A stretch of 64,000 bases of DNA from an uncultured Poribacteria bacterium. Its GTDB lineage: Bacteria; Poribacteria; WGA-4E; WGA-3G. The notes beneath the pieces are model-generated. The model did no database searches, was not told where the DNA came from, and saw nothing but the letters and a program-made list of their open reading frames with translations. This document shows positions 39,173 to 48,757 of this stretch, piece by piece; position 1 is the first letter of the stretch; each line of letters begins with the position of its first letter. Both the position numbers and the translations under genes were made by a program. Location: contig OX638351.1 of NCBI GenBank assembly GCA_951813565.1, forward strand, positions 5,344,001-5,408,000. The letters are read 5' to 3'.

Positions 39173-40228
39173 GTGAACTTAAAAAATGTTTTTACAAAAC
39201 TTCAAGAAAAACGGGTGATGGTAATTGGAGATATCATCGTGGATGAATACATCTGGGGTGATGTGAACCGAATTTCACCAGAGGCTCCAGTTCCCGTGTT
39301 CGAGATGACCAAAGAAAGAACCGGCTGTGGAGGTGCTGCTAACGTAGCACAAAATATCATCAGTTTGGGAGGTAAAGCAAAATTAGTCGGTGTCATCGGG
39401 AAAGACAGAGATGGTGAAAAACTGATCCAGATGCTAAATCTTATGGGTGTCGGCACTGCTGACATCTGTATGGATGTTCAGCGTCCCACGAGCAAGAAAA
39501 CCCGTGTGATTGTCCTCTCTGATACAGCAGATTTCTCACATCTAAACGTGGACAACACTGATGACCTATCTTTACACCAGGGACACCATCTGCTTCGGAT
39601 TGATAGGGAGTCTAAACAGGAAATCACTGCTATGCTGAGGGAACGTCTGTTGAGTGCTGTTATTTCTCATATAGCCGAGGTTGATGCGATTATTTTTTCT
39701 GATTACGATAAAGGTGTTGTTAGTGCAGAACTTATCAAAGCGGTGGTGATGCGTGCAGAGTCTTACGACATACCGATAATAGTTGATCCGAAGCGTAATA
39801 ATTTTTGGAAATATGAAGGTGTAACTGCCCTAACACCGAACCATAAAGAAGCAGGGGAGGCTGTACAGGAAGAAATTACTGATGTGTCACACCTAATTAC
39901 TGTTGGCGAAAAGATATTAGATCGATTATCGTTGCGATCATTGTTGATTACGCGTGAGGAAGAAGGAATGTCACTATTTCATCGGGATTCCGATGGTACT
40001 TTGCAAGTAGAACACCTACCACCCTATTCGAGAAAAGTGACAGATGTAACAGGTGCAGGAGATACTGTGGCTGCTGTTTTCACGCTTGCTCTTGCAGCAC
40101 AAATTGATTGCCGTAGTGCTGCGAAACTATCAAGTCTTGCTGGCGGAATTGTAGTTGGAAAGATGGGTTGCGCAACTGCCACACCAGAAGAACTGCATCA
40201 GGCTATTGAGACATTGCCTCAAACATAA
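39173..40228 (+). CDS. rfaE1: D-glycero-beta-D-manno-heptose-7-phosphate kinase
   Basis: RISPEAPVPV, GGAANVA, SDYDKG, VDPK, DVTGAGDT. Confidence 0.92.
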   Translation: MNLKNVFTKLQEKRVMVIGDIIVDEYIWGDVNRISPEAPVPVFEMTKERTGCGGAANVAQNIISLGGKAKLVGVIGKDRDGEKLIQMLNLMGVGTADICMDVQRPTSKKTRVIVLSDTADFSHLNVDNTDDLSLHQGHHLLRIDRESKQEITAMLRERLLSAVISHIAEVDAIIFSDYDKGVVSAELIKAVVMRAESYDIPIIVDPKRNNFWKYEGVTALTPNHKEAGEAVQEEITDVSHLITVGEKILDRLSLRSLLITREEEGMSLFHRDSDGTLQVEHLPPYSRKVTDVTGAGDTVAAVFTLALAAQIDCRSAAKLSSLAGGIVVGKMGCATATPEELHQAIETLPQT

Positions 40229-40264
40229 TTACAATCTCAATCCTTTAATTTCTCAATCTAACTA

Positions 40265-40457
40265 CAACCTATCTCATAAATTACTTGTAGGGCGAGGTCC
40301 CGGGAATGCCATAAGGCATTCGGACCGTTGATTTGGTGCCTCGCCATGTCTCAGGATCGAAACAACGGGCGGGCACAGGGACCCGCCCCTACAATACAAG
40401 TGAACTTCAGTGCAAATAACGAGTAAAACCCAAAAATCGGATTTATGAGATACACTC
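40265..40457. mobile_element. TA-flanked MITE-like element enclosing a REP dyad with an inserted hairpin cassette
   Basis: IR TATCTCATAAAT (40270-40281) / ATTTATGAGATA (40441-40452); GTAGGGCGAGG...CCTCGCC and GGGCGGG...CCCGCCCCTAC inside. Confidence 0.65.
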
Positions 40458-40482
40458 TAAATACCCACATCGGAGATATAAC

Positions 40483-41043
40483 ATGAAAACCATCTTTCTT
40501 GATAGAGATGGTGTTATCAACAGAAACCCACCAGATTGGGGTTATGTCTGCAACTGGACAGATTTTACTTTTCTTCCTAACGCCTTGGAAGCAATACGAG
40601 ACATAACCCAACGTGGTTTTCGCATTTTTGTGGCAACCAATCAAGCAGGTATCGGCAGAGGCATTTTTACAGAGCAGCAGCTCACAGATATCCATCGCAA
40701 GATGTTAAATGAAATTGAAGATGCGGGCGGACTTATAGAAAATATTTACTACTGTCCACACCATCCTGATGCTGGATGTGAATGTAGAAAACCGAAACCC
40801 GGAATGTTATTACGAGCGGTCCACGAATATGATGTAGACATGTCAAATTCATTTTTTGTTGGTGATTCAATTACAGATATTCAAGCAGCCCGAAATGCTG
40901 GTGCATCGCCGATACTTGTCTTAACAGGACACGGACGTGATTCTTATGACCACTATATCAATTCGGATTCTAACGACAAAACGCATAAGCCAGACAAAAT
41001 TTTTACAAATCTCTATACCGCTTCCCGTTGGATAATTCAATAG
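40483..41043 (+). CDS. gmhB: D-glycero-beta-D-manno-heptose 1,7-bisphosphate 7-phosphatase
   Basis: FLDRDGVIN, TNQAGI, YCPHHP...CECRKPKPGML. Confidence 0.93.
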   Translation: MKTIFLDRDGVINRNPPDWGYVCNWTDFTFLPNALEAIRDITQRGFRIFVATNQAGIGRGIFTEQQLTDIHRKMLNEIEDAGGLIENIYYCPHHPDAGCECRKPKPGMLLRAVHEYDVDMSNSFFVGDSITDIQAARNAGASPILVLTGHGRDSYDHYINSDSNDKTHKPDKIFTNLYTASRWIIQ

Positions 41044-41097
41044 TTGATCTCGCTTTGCGGTGCATTCAAACGTCCAACACATTTCTTGAGGTAATTT

Positions 41098-42768
41098 TTG
41101 AATTACAAACATAAAATCCTGATATGTGTTCCAATCTTTTTAGTGATATGTATTGTATTGATGTGGCAATTTCCGAATGTCGAATCTGAAAAGGGTGGAA
41201 CTGTATGGTGGTATAGCGTTATTCCGCCGTTGCTTGCTATCACTTTGGCAGTGATAACAACGCGTTTGTTTCTGAGCCTTGGTGTGGCAGTAGGCGCTGG
41301 GCTTTTCTTTGCGTGGGGTCAGCAAGGGTTATCATTAAACACATTTTTTTCGGAGGTCGTTTGGTTTGCACGTGCCGTAACCGTTGGCAATGACGGGATT
41401 GACCTATTTAATATCTGGGTCATTCTTTTCGTCCTTTTCATGATGTCAATGATCTCCGTAGTGATAGCATCAGGAGGAATTGCAAGTGCCATTTCGCTTC
41501 TAAGTCGCCTCGCGAAGGGACCTCGTTCTACCCAATTCATCACTGCTGTGATGGGCACAGTGATTTTTATAGGTGACTATAGCAACGCGATGCTCGTGGG
41601 TCCTACGATGCGACCTATCACTGATCGGTATAAAGTAAGTCGTGAAAAGTTAGCGTATATTGTGGATTCGACGAGTGCACCGATTGCCGGACTTGCTTTT
41701 GTTAGCACATGGATCGGTTATGAAGTGGGACTGTTTAATGGAGTTGCCGAGAATATCGGCTTAGATAGTGATGGCTATTCAATGTTCTTTGATGCGCTGC
41801 CGTTCCGCTTCTATTGCATTTTAACCATCATTTTTGTACTCATCAATACGCTTAGTGGACGAGATTATGGTTTGATGCGGCGGGCGCAAAAGCGTGCACG
41901 GAACACAGGAGATGTTTCTGCTCCTGATGCGAAAGTCATGGGAGGTATCACAGCGGACATCGGCACGGAAAGTGGCAAAACTCAAATACTTTCTGCAGTC
42001 GTTCCGCTTACACTGCTATTTAGCTTGATTCTTGGTGGATTATGGGTGGATGGTGAAGGGGCTGGATCTATTTTTTCTTTGACTGCCTGGCGTGACGCGC
42101 TTTCAAACGCGAATAACGTTAAAATACTTGCCTCTGCCGCCATAATCACGTTTGTCACAGCCATCTTATGCGCGAAATTTTTCTCTAAAATGTCTTATTC
42201 AGAAATCGGTAAAGCTGTAAAGGAAGGGCTTTCAGGTACACTATTACCGATAGGAATTATCTTGTGTGCGTGGGGTATAAAAGCGAGTTGTGATAAATTA
42301 TTGACAGGTGAGTTTATTGCTTCAATACTCAGTGATGTCGTATCGCCACTCTGGTTTCCGGCGCTTGTTTTTGTTGTTGCATCACTTACATCTTTTGCGA
42401 CTGGCACCAGTTGGGGAACAATGGCGATTCTTATCCCCACAGCAATTCCTGTTGCGTTTCTTCTTGATAATGACACTTACGGAATTACGACAATCATTTG
42501 TTTAGGTGCAGTACTGGATGGTGCTATCTTCGGTGACCACTGCTCGCCAATTTCGGACACGACCATCCTCAGTGCGATTGTCAGCAGCTGCGATCCGATG
42601 CACCATGTGAGAACGCAGATGCCTTATGCACTTACTGTTGCGGTAATTGCTTTAATGTGCGGTTATCTTCCAGCTGCACTGGGTTTGCCGTCATGGATCG
42701 GAATAGTAATCGGAATAGGAGTCATTGCTTTGTTATTTTTAGGGTTATCTCGTCTACGGACCGAATAA
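41098..42768 (+). CDS. Na+/H+ antiporter NhaC family protein
   Basis: SREKLAYIVDSTSAP, FATGTSWGT, FGDHCSPISDTT. Confidence 0.9.
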   Translation: MNYKHKILICVPIFLVICIVLMWQFPNVESEKGGTVWWYSVIPPLLAITLAVITTRLFLSLGVAVGAGLFFAWGQQGLSLNTFFSEVVWFARAVTVGNDGIDLFNIWVILFVLFMMSMISVVIASGGIASAISLLSRLAKGPRSTQFITAVMGTVIFIGDYSNAMLVGPTMRPITDRYKVSREKLAYIVDSTSAPIAGLAFVSTWIGYEVGLFNGVAENIGLDSDGYSMFFDALPFRFYCILTIIFVLINTLSGRDYGLMRRAQKRARNTGDVSAPDAKVMGGITADIGTESGKTQILSAVVPLTLLFSLILGGLWVDGEGAGSIFSLTAWRDALSNANNVKILASAAIITFVTAILCAKFFSKMSYSEIGKAVKEGLSGTLLPIGIILCAWGIKASCDKLLTGEFIASILSDVVSPLWFPALVFVVASLTSFATGTSWGTMAILIPTAIPVAFLLDNDTYGITTIICLGAVLDGAIFGDHCSPISDTTILSAIVSSCDPMHHVRTQMPYALTVAVIALMCGYLPAALGLPSWIGIVIGIGVIALLFLGLSRLRTE

Positions 42769-42792
42769 GGATCCATTTTAACCTATCAAATT

Positions 42793-43692
42793 CTACGAAT
42801 TTCTATTAGGAAACCGTAGAAATCTCTTGGCATTTCCACCCATAATGTCTGCTAACTCTGATTCTGATAGATTAGGTAGCAGTTTTTCTATAATGGTTGT
42901 AAGTTCCCCATAGCCTGGTTCTTCCAAGATCCACGGAAAATCAGTTGCCCACATCAATCGTTTAACACCAAAATCGCTCAGTAAATTCCCATGCCATCCT
43001 GCTAAATTCTGATACGGATATGCCTCTCTGCTGAACGCGTATTGTCCTGACAAATGCACCGTAACGTTTTCAAACCGCGCCATCCGATAAGTTGTGTGCA
43101 TATTGAGGTTGTAGCCTGATACTTGGATCTGTGGTCTGCCAAGTTCGTCCAAGGCGAATTTTCCTTTTCCCGGTGTCATACCGAGATGATTGAGAACCAC
43201 ACGAACCTGCGGAAACGCTTGGACTAAATACGGTAGCAGATGGGCATCAATTGAACGCGGATAAAGCCATAAAACGTAGTCTTTTTCAGCGGCACACTCC
43301 CAGATAGGATATGTTTTAAACTCTCTTGCATCCGCTGTCGCAAAAATATCCCTCGGTCCACCAAGTTCAAAGAGACGGAAACCGATTATTCCAGTTCCAT
43401 CTGCCAATTCAGCCATGTGTTTTGCGGGGTTAGGATGATCAGGTGGGACCAGTCCTATTCCAAGAAACCTGTCGGGATAACTTTTGAGACAATGCCGCAG
43501 ATAACTGTGGTGTTCAATACTTGTGCCACCGATTTGGACAAGAACTGCTTGGTCAATCTGACTTTTTTCCATTTCACCTAACAGTTTTTCGGCAGATTCC
43601 TCTCGTTCTGCCGGACAAATCGGCGTAACTTCTCGTGGGAATTCGGGTGAAGCCTTTGTAAATACGTGAACATGTGCATCAATTTTTGGCAT
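42793..43692 (-). CDS. Amidohydrolase_2 family protein
   Basis: IDAHVHV, VLNHLG, RLMWATDFPW, IMGGNA. Confidence 0.88.
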   Translation of the reverse strand: MPKIDAHVHVFTKASPEFPREVTPICPAEREESAEKLLGEMEKSQIDQAVLVQIGGTSIEHHSYLRHCLKSYPDRFLGIGLVPPDHPNPAKHMAELADGTGIIGFRLFELGGPRDIFATADAREFKTYPIWECAAEKDYVLWLYPRSIDAHLLPYLVQAFPQVRVVLNHLGMTPGKGKFALDELGRPQIQVSGYNLNMHTTYRMARFENVTVHLSGQYAFSREAYPYQNLAGWHGNLLSDFGVKRLMWATDFPWILEEPGYGELTTIIEKLLPNLSESELADIMGGNAKRFLRFPNRNS

Positions 43693-43751
43693 AAATCACT
43701 TCCTTAGTCGTAGAACTTCTAACGCTTGATGGAATTGTGGTATGTAAGGGT

Positions 43752-44468
43752 TCAGTCAGCTAAGCTAAACAATTTACGACGTTCATGTGTTGCGCAATAT
43801 TCGGAGATGGCGGCGAACTGCTCAGGTCCAATCCGTCCTGGAGTGCGCTTTTCATAAATCAGAATAATCGATTTTCGCGGTACATCCGAAGCATTATCCA
43901 TTGATGTATGCCAACCGCATGAATTGAACATAATGGCAGTTCCTGCTTTTCCTGGGAAAGTTTTATGTCCAGGCATACTCTCCTGTCGAAGCGGACGTTT
44001 ATAGGGACCGGTGTCTGGTTTGTGACTGCGCGGAACAAAACCGAATTCACCACTTCCTGCGGAGACATCGTTAACGTAGATTTGCACTTTAATATGTAGT
44101 GGATTGCTCTGTCCCACATCGGGATGCCACCCTGTATAGCTGACGGGCCACGGTGCGACTGTTCTGACTTGTGGTCCGAGCAGAATCAGATCATCGTCTG
44201 TAAATTCCATCAACGCGCCGTAGTAGCTTGGGTGATCAATGAGATCGATAAAAATTGGGTCTTTTTCAAGCGGATTTGGAATATCGTAAAAGGTGGCAGC
44301 AGCTTCACCTGCTTCAACTCTATCCAACCATTCATCCTTACATTCCGCTGCCCAAAAATCAAAGGCAGATTGTAGACGTTTCAAGTCATCACCTTGAATT
44401 GCGTTTTCAAAAACAAGGTATCCTTCCTGTTCCCATTGTGCTTTTTGCTCTGGAGTTGGTCTAATCAT
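43752..44468 (-). CDS. PhyH-family dioxygenase
   Basis: EGYLVFENA, GWHPD, VPRSH, GWHTS; TAATG overlap with upstream gene. Confidence 0.87.
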   Translation of the reverse strand: MIRPTPEQKAQWEQEGYLVFENAIQGDDLKRLQSAFDFWAAECKDEWLDRVEAGEAAATFYDIPNPLEKDPIFIDLIDHPSYYGALMEFTDDDLILLGPQVRTVAPWPVSYTGWHPDVGQSNPLHIKVQIYVNDVSAGSGEFGFVPRSHKPDTGPYKRPLRQESMPGHKTFPGKAGTAIMFNSCGWHTSMDNASDVPRKSIILIYEKRTPGRIGPEQFAAISEYCATHERRKLFSLAD

Positions 44469-45511
44469 TATTTTACCTTCCCTCTTCCTGCAATTTTCCA
44501 TATAGTTTCAACTGTATGCCCACGCACCGCTATCAATTCATCGTGAAGATTACTTGTCATTCCTTGGTGCAATGGAATTACAGAGAGTCTTTCACCGACC
44601 CTAAACCGGCGCGAACATTCGCTTACATTTACATGCCCGTGTTCAACTGACATGCCGTAAATTTTCGCGTCGGGGTATTCTATGATATACCCGTAGGGTG
44701 TCGGTGGATAACTGGTAAACGTTTTTTGTCCGCCATCAACGATTATGCGGTCGGGTGTTGGCGTACTAACAACTGTTACAAGAATGCGAAGGACACATCG
44801 GTCTGGCGATAACATTTCTGAATTACCGATACGTGTCATTCCTTCGTAAACATAAGAACCGCTGCGCGTTTCCGTGCATCCAAGTTCTTTTGATGCTGCT
44901 TCTGCACCTGTTCCACCACCGCTGATAATGTTTATAGGAATACCATCATTATTTAATAGATCCACTGTTTCAGTAATAAACGGTTTTGCGTTTGCGTTAC
45001 TTGGATAGGTCATCACACCTTGAAAATCGATTCCTGACATTTTAACAACCTTTTGTGCCAAGTGTTGTGCCTGTTGTGGTGAGCCTACCCCACATCTTCC
45101 TCCGCCTGTATCAAGTTCCAATACAACAGGAACGACACATCCATCTGTAGCTGCCTGTTGAGAAATACCTGATGCTGTTTCTTCAGAATCCAGAGCGACT
45201 ATAATCCGAGCGCGTTTTGTCAGTGCTGTTAACCGTTTCAACTTCGGTTTGCCAACGATGTTATACGGAATTAGGATATCGTTAATTCCTGTTTCTACCA
45301 TTGCCTCTGCTTCACCTAATTTCTGACACGTAATTCCTTGTGATCCAGCATCAAGTTGCAATTTGGCAATTTCTGGAACTTTATGTGTTTTGGTATGAAC
45401 GCGTAACGGAATACGGATGTTATGACAGTGGCTTGCCATTCCGCTTATATTACGCTCGAGCACATCTAAGTCGGCAATTAGGCAAGGTGTGTCTAAATCG
45501 TTGATGTGCAT
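44468..45511 (-). CDS. D-threonine aldolase/DSD1-like PLP-dependent enzyme
   Basis: LDTPCL, LRVHTKTHK, CQKLGEAE, DTGGGRCGV, SVEHG. Confidence 0.9.
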   Translation of the reverse strand: MHINDLDTPCLIADLDVLERNISGMASHCHNIRIPLRVHTKTHKVPEIAKLQLDAGSQGITCQKLGEAEAMVETGINDILIPYNIVGKPKLKRLTALTKRARIIVALDSEETASGISQQAATDGCVVPVVLELDTGGGRCGVGSPQQAQHLAQKVVKMSGIDFQGVMTYPSNANAKPFITETVDLLNNDGIPINIISGGGTGAEAASKELGCTETRSGSYVYEGMTRIGNSEMLSPDRCVLRILVTVVSTPTPDRIIVDGGQKTFTSYPPTPYGYIIEYPDAKIYGMSVEHGHVNVSECSRRFRVGERLSVIPLHQGMTSNLHDELIAVRGHTVETIWKIAGRGKVK

Positions 45512-45626
45512 ATAGGTAGTCCTCCAACAGAATTCTGTTTTTAGTTTATCTATAGAGGGATTTTATGTCAAGTATTTTGGCTATAACGAAAAATGGAGTT
45601 ATGGAATTATTTTTTCAAATTTATAT

Positions 45627-45655
45627 TTGACTTTCTCTGCAATTTTTTGTATAAT
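45627..45655 (+). promoter_or_regulatory. Sigma70-type promoter
   Basis: TTGACT-N17-TATAAT with TG extension. Confidence 0.65.
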
Positions 45656-45852
45656 ACTACTAACCGCTAAAAACAGAAGATTCAAGATGGGGCCCCTTCT
45701 CAACATTTTATGTCTGGGATCTTCTGGTTTAGCGGCCAGGGTGCCCCGTTTCTTTATTGTGCGTGTAGAAGATCTACCGAACAAGAATAGGGAACCCGCT
45801 CAACTCTCAGATATGCTCTGTGTAGCATATCAACTAAATAGGAGAAAGAAAA

Positions 45853-46806
45853 ATGATCAGATTGAAATCAATCGGTATCACAGTAGCGATAATATGTTCC
45901 TTATGTCTATTCGGACTGGTGCTAACGCCTTGTGTTTCCGCACAGTTAGCGATAGATGCCCATATAGCGACGGACATAGTGGATCCTGATGGTAACACAC
46001 TTGTTACGGCTTATGTATCTATAGATGACCTTTCTTATGATGGCTCTGATGGCGTTGTCGATCTGGATGGCACTTTCTATGTTTACAACTATGATCAAAA
46101 GAGAAGCATAACCTATAATGGCGACATCCGCCTTGAAATCTTCGACCTGAACGGTAATACTTATATCCCTGATTCCAAAAAGACGGTAAGTGGTAGTTTA
46201 GAAAAGAATGATGAGGACGCGCTTTGGTGGGAAGTCTCCGACAGTATTACTAAAAACACGAACTTACATGTTGAGTGTCTATCAACAACTGCCTTTGGTC
46301 AAGAACCCATAACAGCAGGCGCCAGGTACACGATGTCTGCTAATATAGCACTCAGGGTGACTGGTTTTCGTGATGAAGAAACTTGGGCGACCTCCTACTC
46401 AACTACTTTTCGGCACGATCCCAAAACTGATGTTGAGCAACTCGAAGGTCTCGGTCCGACAACGGATGGCGAAACCTTTTCTGACGATTGCAAAGCCGAC
46501 AGCGAAGATGAGCGGACGAATTGGCAGTCACTGATATATACAGATGGACTGTATCATGCAGTCTATTGGTATGTGAAGGCACCTGGGGATACGAGTGCCT
46601 ATGGTAGTACTGCGGGTGTATCTTGGGGGGACGGTGCTACGAGGAAAGCAACTATGACCACCAGTTTTCCTGAGGATGTCGATGATCCGGATATAGAAGG
46701 GGAAGAAAAGCGGGTTTACTATGAAATCACTGCCTATGTATACAGATGGGACCTAAGCGTCTACTCGAAATCCTACCTTGTCGATGTGTACGACGCAGGA
46801 GAATAA
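45853..46806 (+). CDS. Secreted acidic beta-rich hypothetical protein
   Basis: Signal peptide, AGGAG RBS; C-terminal VYWYVKAPGDTS...YEITAYVY segment. Confidence 0.75.
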   Translation: MIRLKSIGITVAIICSLCLFGLVLTPCVSAQLAIDAHIATDIVDPDGNTLVTAYVSIDDLSYDGSDGVVDLDGTFYVYNYDQKRSITYNGDIRLEIFDLNGNTYIPDSKKTVSGSLEKNDEDALWWEVSDSITKNTNLHVECLSTTAFGQEPITAGARYTMSANIALRVTGFRDEETWATSYSTTFRHDPKTDVEQLEGLGPTTDGETFSDDCKADSEDERTNWQSLIYTDGLYHAVYWYVKAPGDTSAYGSTAGVSWGDGATRKATMTTSFPEDVDDPDIEGEEKRVYYEITAYVYRWDLSVYSKSYLVDVYDAGE

Positions 46807-46904
46807 GAGAATGAAGTTCTTGTTGCTTTGATTTTATAGAAAACAACGATAGGCACGGGGGACCAACCGTGCCTATCGATACACCGTAAAAATGGAGGTG
46901 AATA

Positions 46905-47885
46905 ATGGTCATGCAACGTCTCACCTTATGTTGCTTGTTATTATTGTTGCCGGCACTCACGCACGCAAAGATCGTTTTCCAGTCCTATGGCTTAGGTATT
47001 TATGTGATGGACGATGACGGGCGTAACGCCAAAATATTAGTCAAAAGGGTAGACGGGAGGAGTGTCTGGTGGCCTGTTTGGTCTCCTGATGGCAAGCAAG
47101 TTGCTTTTAGTAAGAGTCTGCCAGTAGAACCGAGGCAACCACAAAAGTCAGCTATATTTATCATCAATAGCGATGGCAGCAATGAACACAGGCTCACCGA
47201 CGACAACGAGGAGAATCTTAATGGAAATCGTCTTTTTGAGGGGCATTGTTCTTGGTCGCCGGATGGGAAACACATGGTATTCACAAGCCCCCGGCTTGCC
47301 AAACCGGGAACTGCTCAGCACGATGCCTGGCGGATAAATATAGAAACAAAAGCGTTACAGCGACTGACACGCACAGTTTCATTGACAACAGCAATGGCTT
47401 GGTCCCCTGATGGTAAATATATTGCGTATCAAGACGACATCAGCGGGCGTACCACAATCCATCTGATGCGTGCCGATGGTAGCGGACAGCATGAACTTGT
47501 GCCTGGGCAGGCAAACTATACCCGTAGGTCTCCGCGTTGGTCTGTTGATAGCCAATCTGTTCTGTATAGAGAATGGAATGGTCATTCAACAAAAGTTGTC
47601 ATTCATGATATCAAGAGTAACAAACGACGAGTCGTAGATACACCCGACAAATGGATAATCCACAGTGCGTGTTTTATGGGCAGAAAATATCTGTTGATTT
47701 CAGCAAAGCCTCCGAATGCTGAGAAGCATGACCTCTACCGCTATCACCTTGTTACAGGTGAACTCGTCAACCTGACAAACACGCCTGCTGTAGATGATTA
47801 CGGACCAGATTGGATAGACGATGATGTGCTATCGGTTTCGCCAGTGGGGAAAAAAAAAGTAACGTGGGGAGAGATAAAGCAGTAA
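46905..47885 (+). CDS. TolB-like (PD40) beta-propeller with C-terminal VSPVGKKKVTWGEIK motif
   Basis: WSPDGK repeats, signal peptide, GGAGG RBS. Confidence 0.87.
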   Translation: MVMQRLTLCCLLLLLPALTHAKIVFQSYGLGIYVMDDDGRNAKILVKRVDGRSVWWPVWSPDGKQVAFSKSLPVEPRQPQKSAIFIINSDGSNEHRLTDDNEENLNGNRLFEGHCSWSPDGKHMVFTSPRLAKPGTAQHDAWRINIETKALQRLTRTVSLTTAMAWSPDGKYIAYQDDISGRTTIHLMRADGSGQHELVPGQANYTRRSPRWSVDSQSVLYREWNGHSTKVVIHDIKSNKRRVVDTPDKWIIHSACFMGRKYLLISAKPPNAEKHDLYRYHLVTGELVNLTNTPAVDDYGPDWIDDDVLSVSPVGKKKVTWGEIKQ

Positions 47886-47920
47886 GTCAGTAATCTGTAG
47901 AGACACATCAATTTTTTCAT

Positions 47921-47961
47921 AGGCAGGTATCCTTTATTGGGTATCTGCCTTTTTTCTTTTT
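47921..47961 (+). terminator. Intrinsic terminator
   Basis: AGGCAGGTATCC-loop-GGGTATCTGCCT followed by a T tract. Confidence 0.8.
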
Positions 47962-48121
47962 GAGTTATATTGAACATAGCACTAAATAGGACGCGAGGTA
48001 ACTCTCACCGAAAAAGTAGGGTACTTATAGTAGATTTTACAATCTGAAATTGAAAATTATGGTATAATTGATATTGAGATTTTAGATTTCGCTAAATCTA
48101 TAGGGAATTATGGAGGCATTT

Positions 48122-48706
48122 ATGTCATCTGCTGCAGCCCGAACCTATCTTACACCTGAAGAATATATCTCTTTTGAACGCAAGGCAACCACTAAACACG
48201 AATACCTAAAAGGACAAATAGTCGCGATGTCCGGTGCAAGTCGCGCACATAGTTTTATCACTGGAGATATTTTTGGGGAACTACGAGACCAATTGAAAGG
48301 ACAGAAGTGTGAAGTCCATTCCAGTGACATGCGCGTGAGAATTCATTCAACTAACTCATATTTTTATCCGGATGTTGTCGTTGCCTGTGAAGAACCTAGG
48401 TTTGAGGATAACGTATTTGATACACTTCTTAACCCAAGAGTTGTGATAGAAGTTCTTTCTCCTTCAACGGAAGCCTATGACAGAGGTGAGAAATTTGAAT
48501 TTTATAAGCAGCTTGATTCTTTGCAAGAATACCTCCTCGTTTCTCAAGATAAGGTTCTTGTTGAACATTACCGTTGCCAAGAGACTGAGTGGTTGAGGCG
48601 TGAGTATAAGGAACTTGGTGATGTGATGTCGCTATGTTCAATTGAATGTATGTTGCGTTTGCAGGATATTTATGCACGCACCGAATTGGTATTGAACGCG
48701 TCTTAA
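48122..48706 (+). CDS. Uma2-family endonuclease
   Basis: HEYLKGQIVAMSGAS, YPDVVV, IEVLSPSTEAYDRGEKF. Confidence 0.92.
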   Translation: MSSAAARTYLTPEEYISFERKATTKHEYLKGQIVAMSGASRAHSFITGDIFGELRDQLKGQKCEVHSSDMRVRIHSTNSYFYPDVVVACEEPRFEDNVFDTLLNPRVVIEVLSPSTEAYDRGEKFEFYKQLDSLQEYLLVSQDKVLVEHYRCQETEWLRREYKELGDVMSLCSIECMLRLQDIYARTELVLNAS

Positions 48707-48757
48707 TGACCAAAAGGATTTAGCTACAGCAATAGACACCCCAAATATGTGCTTATC

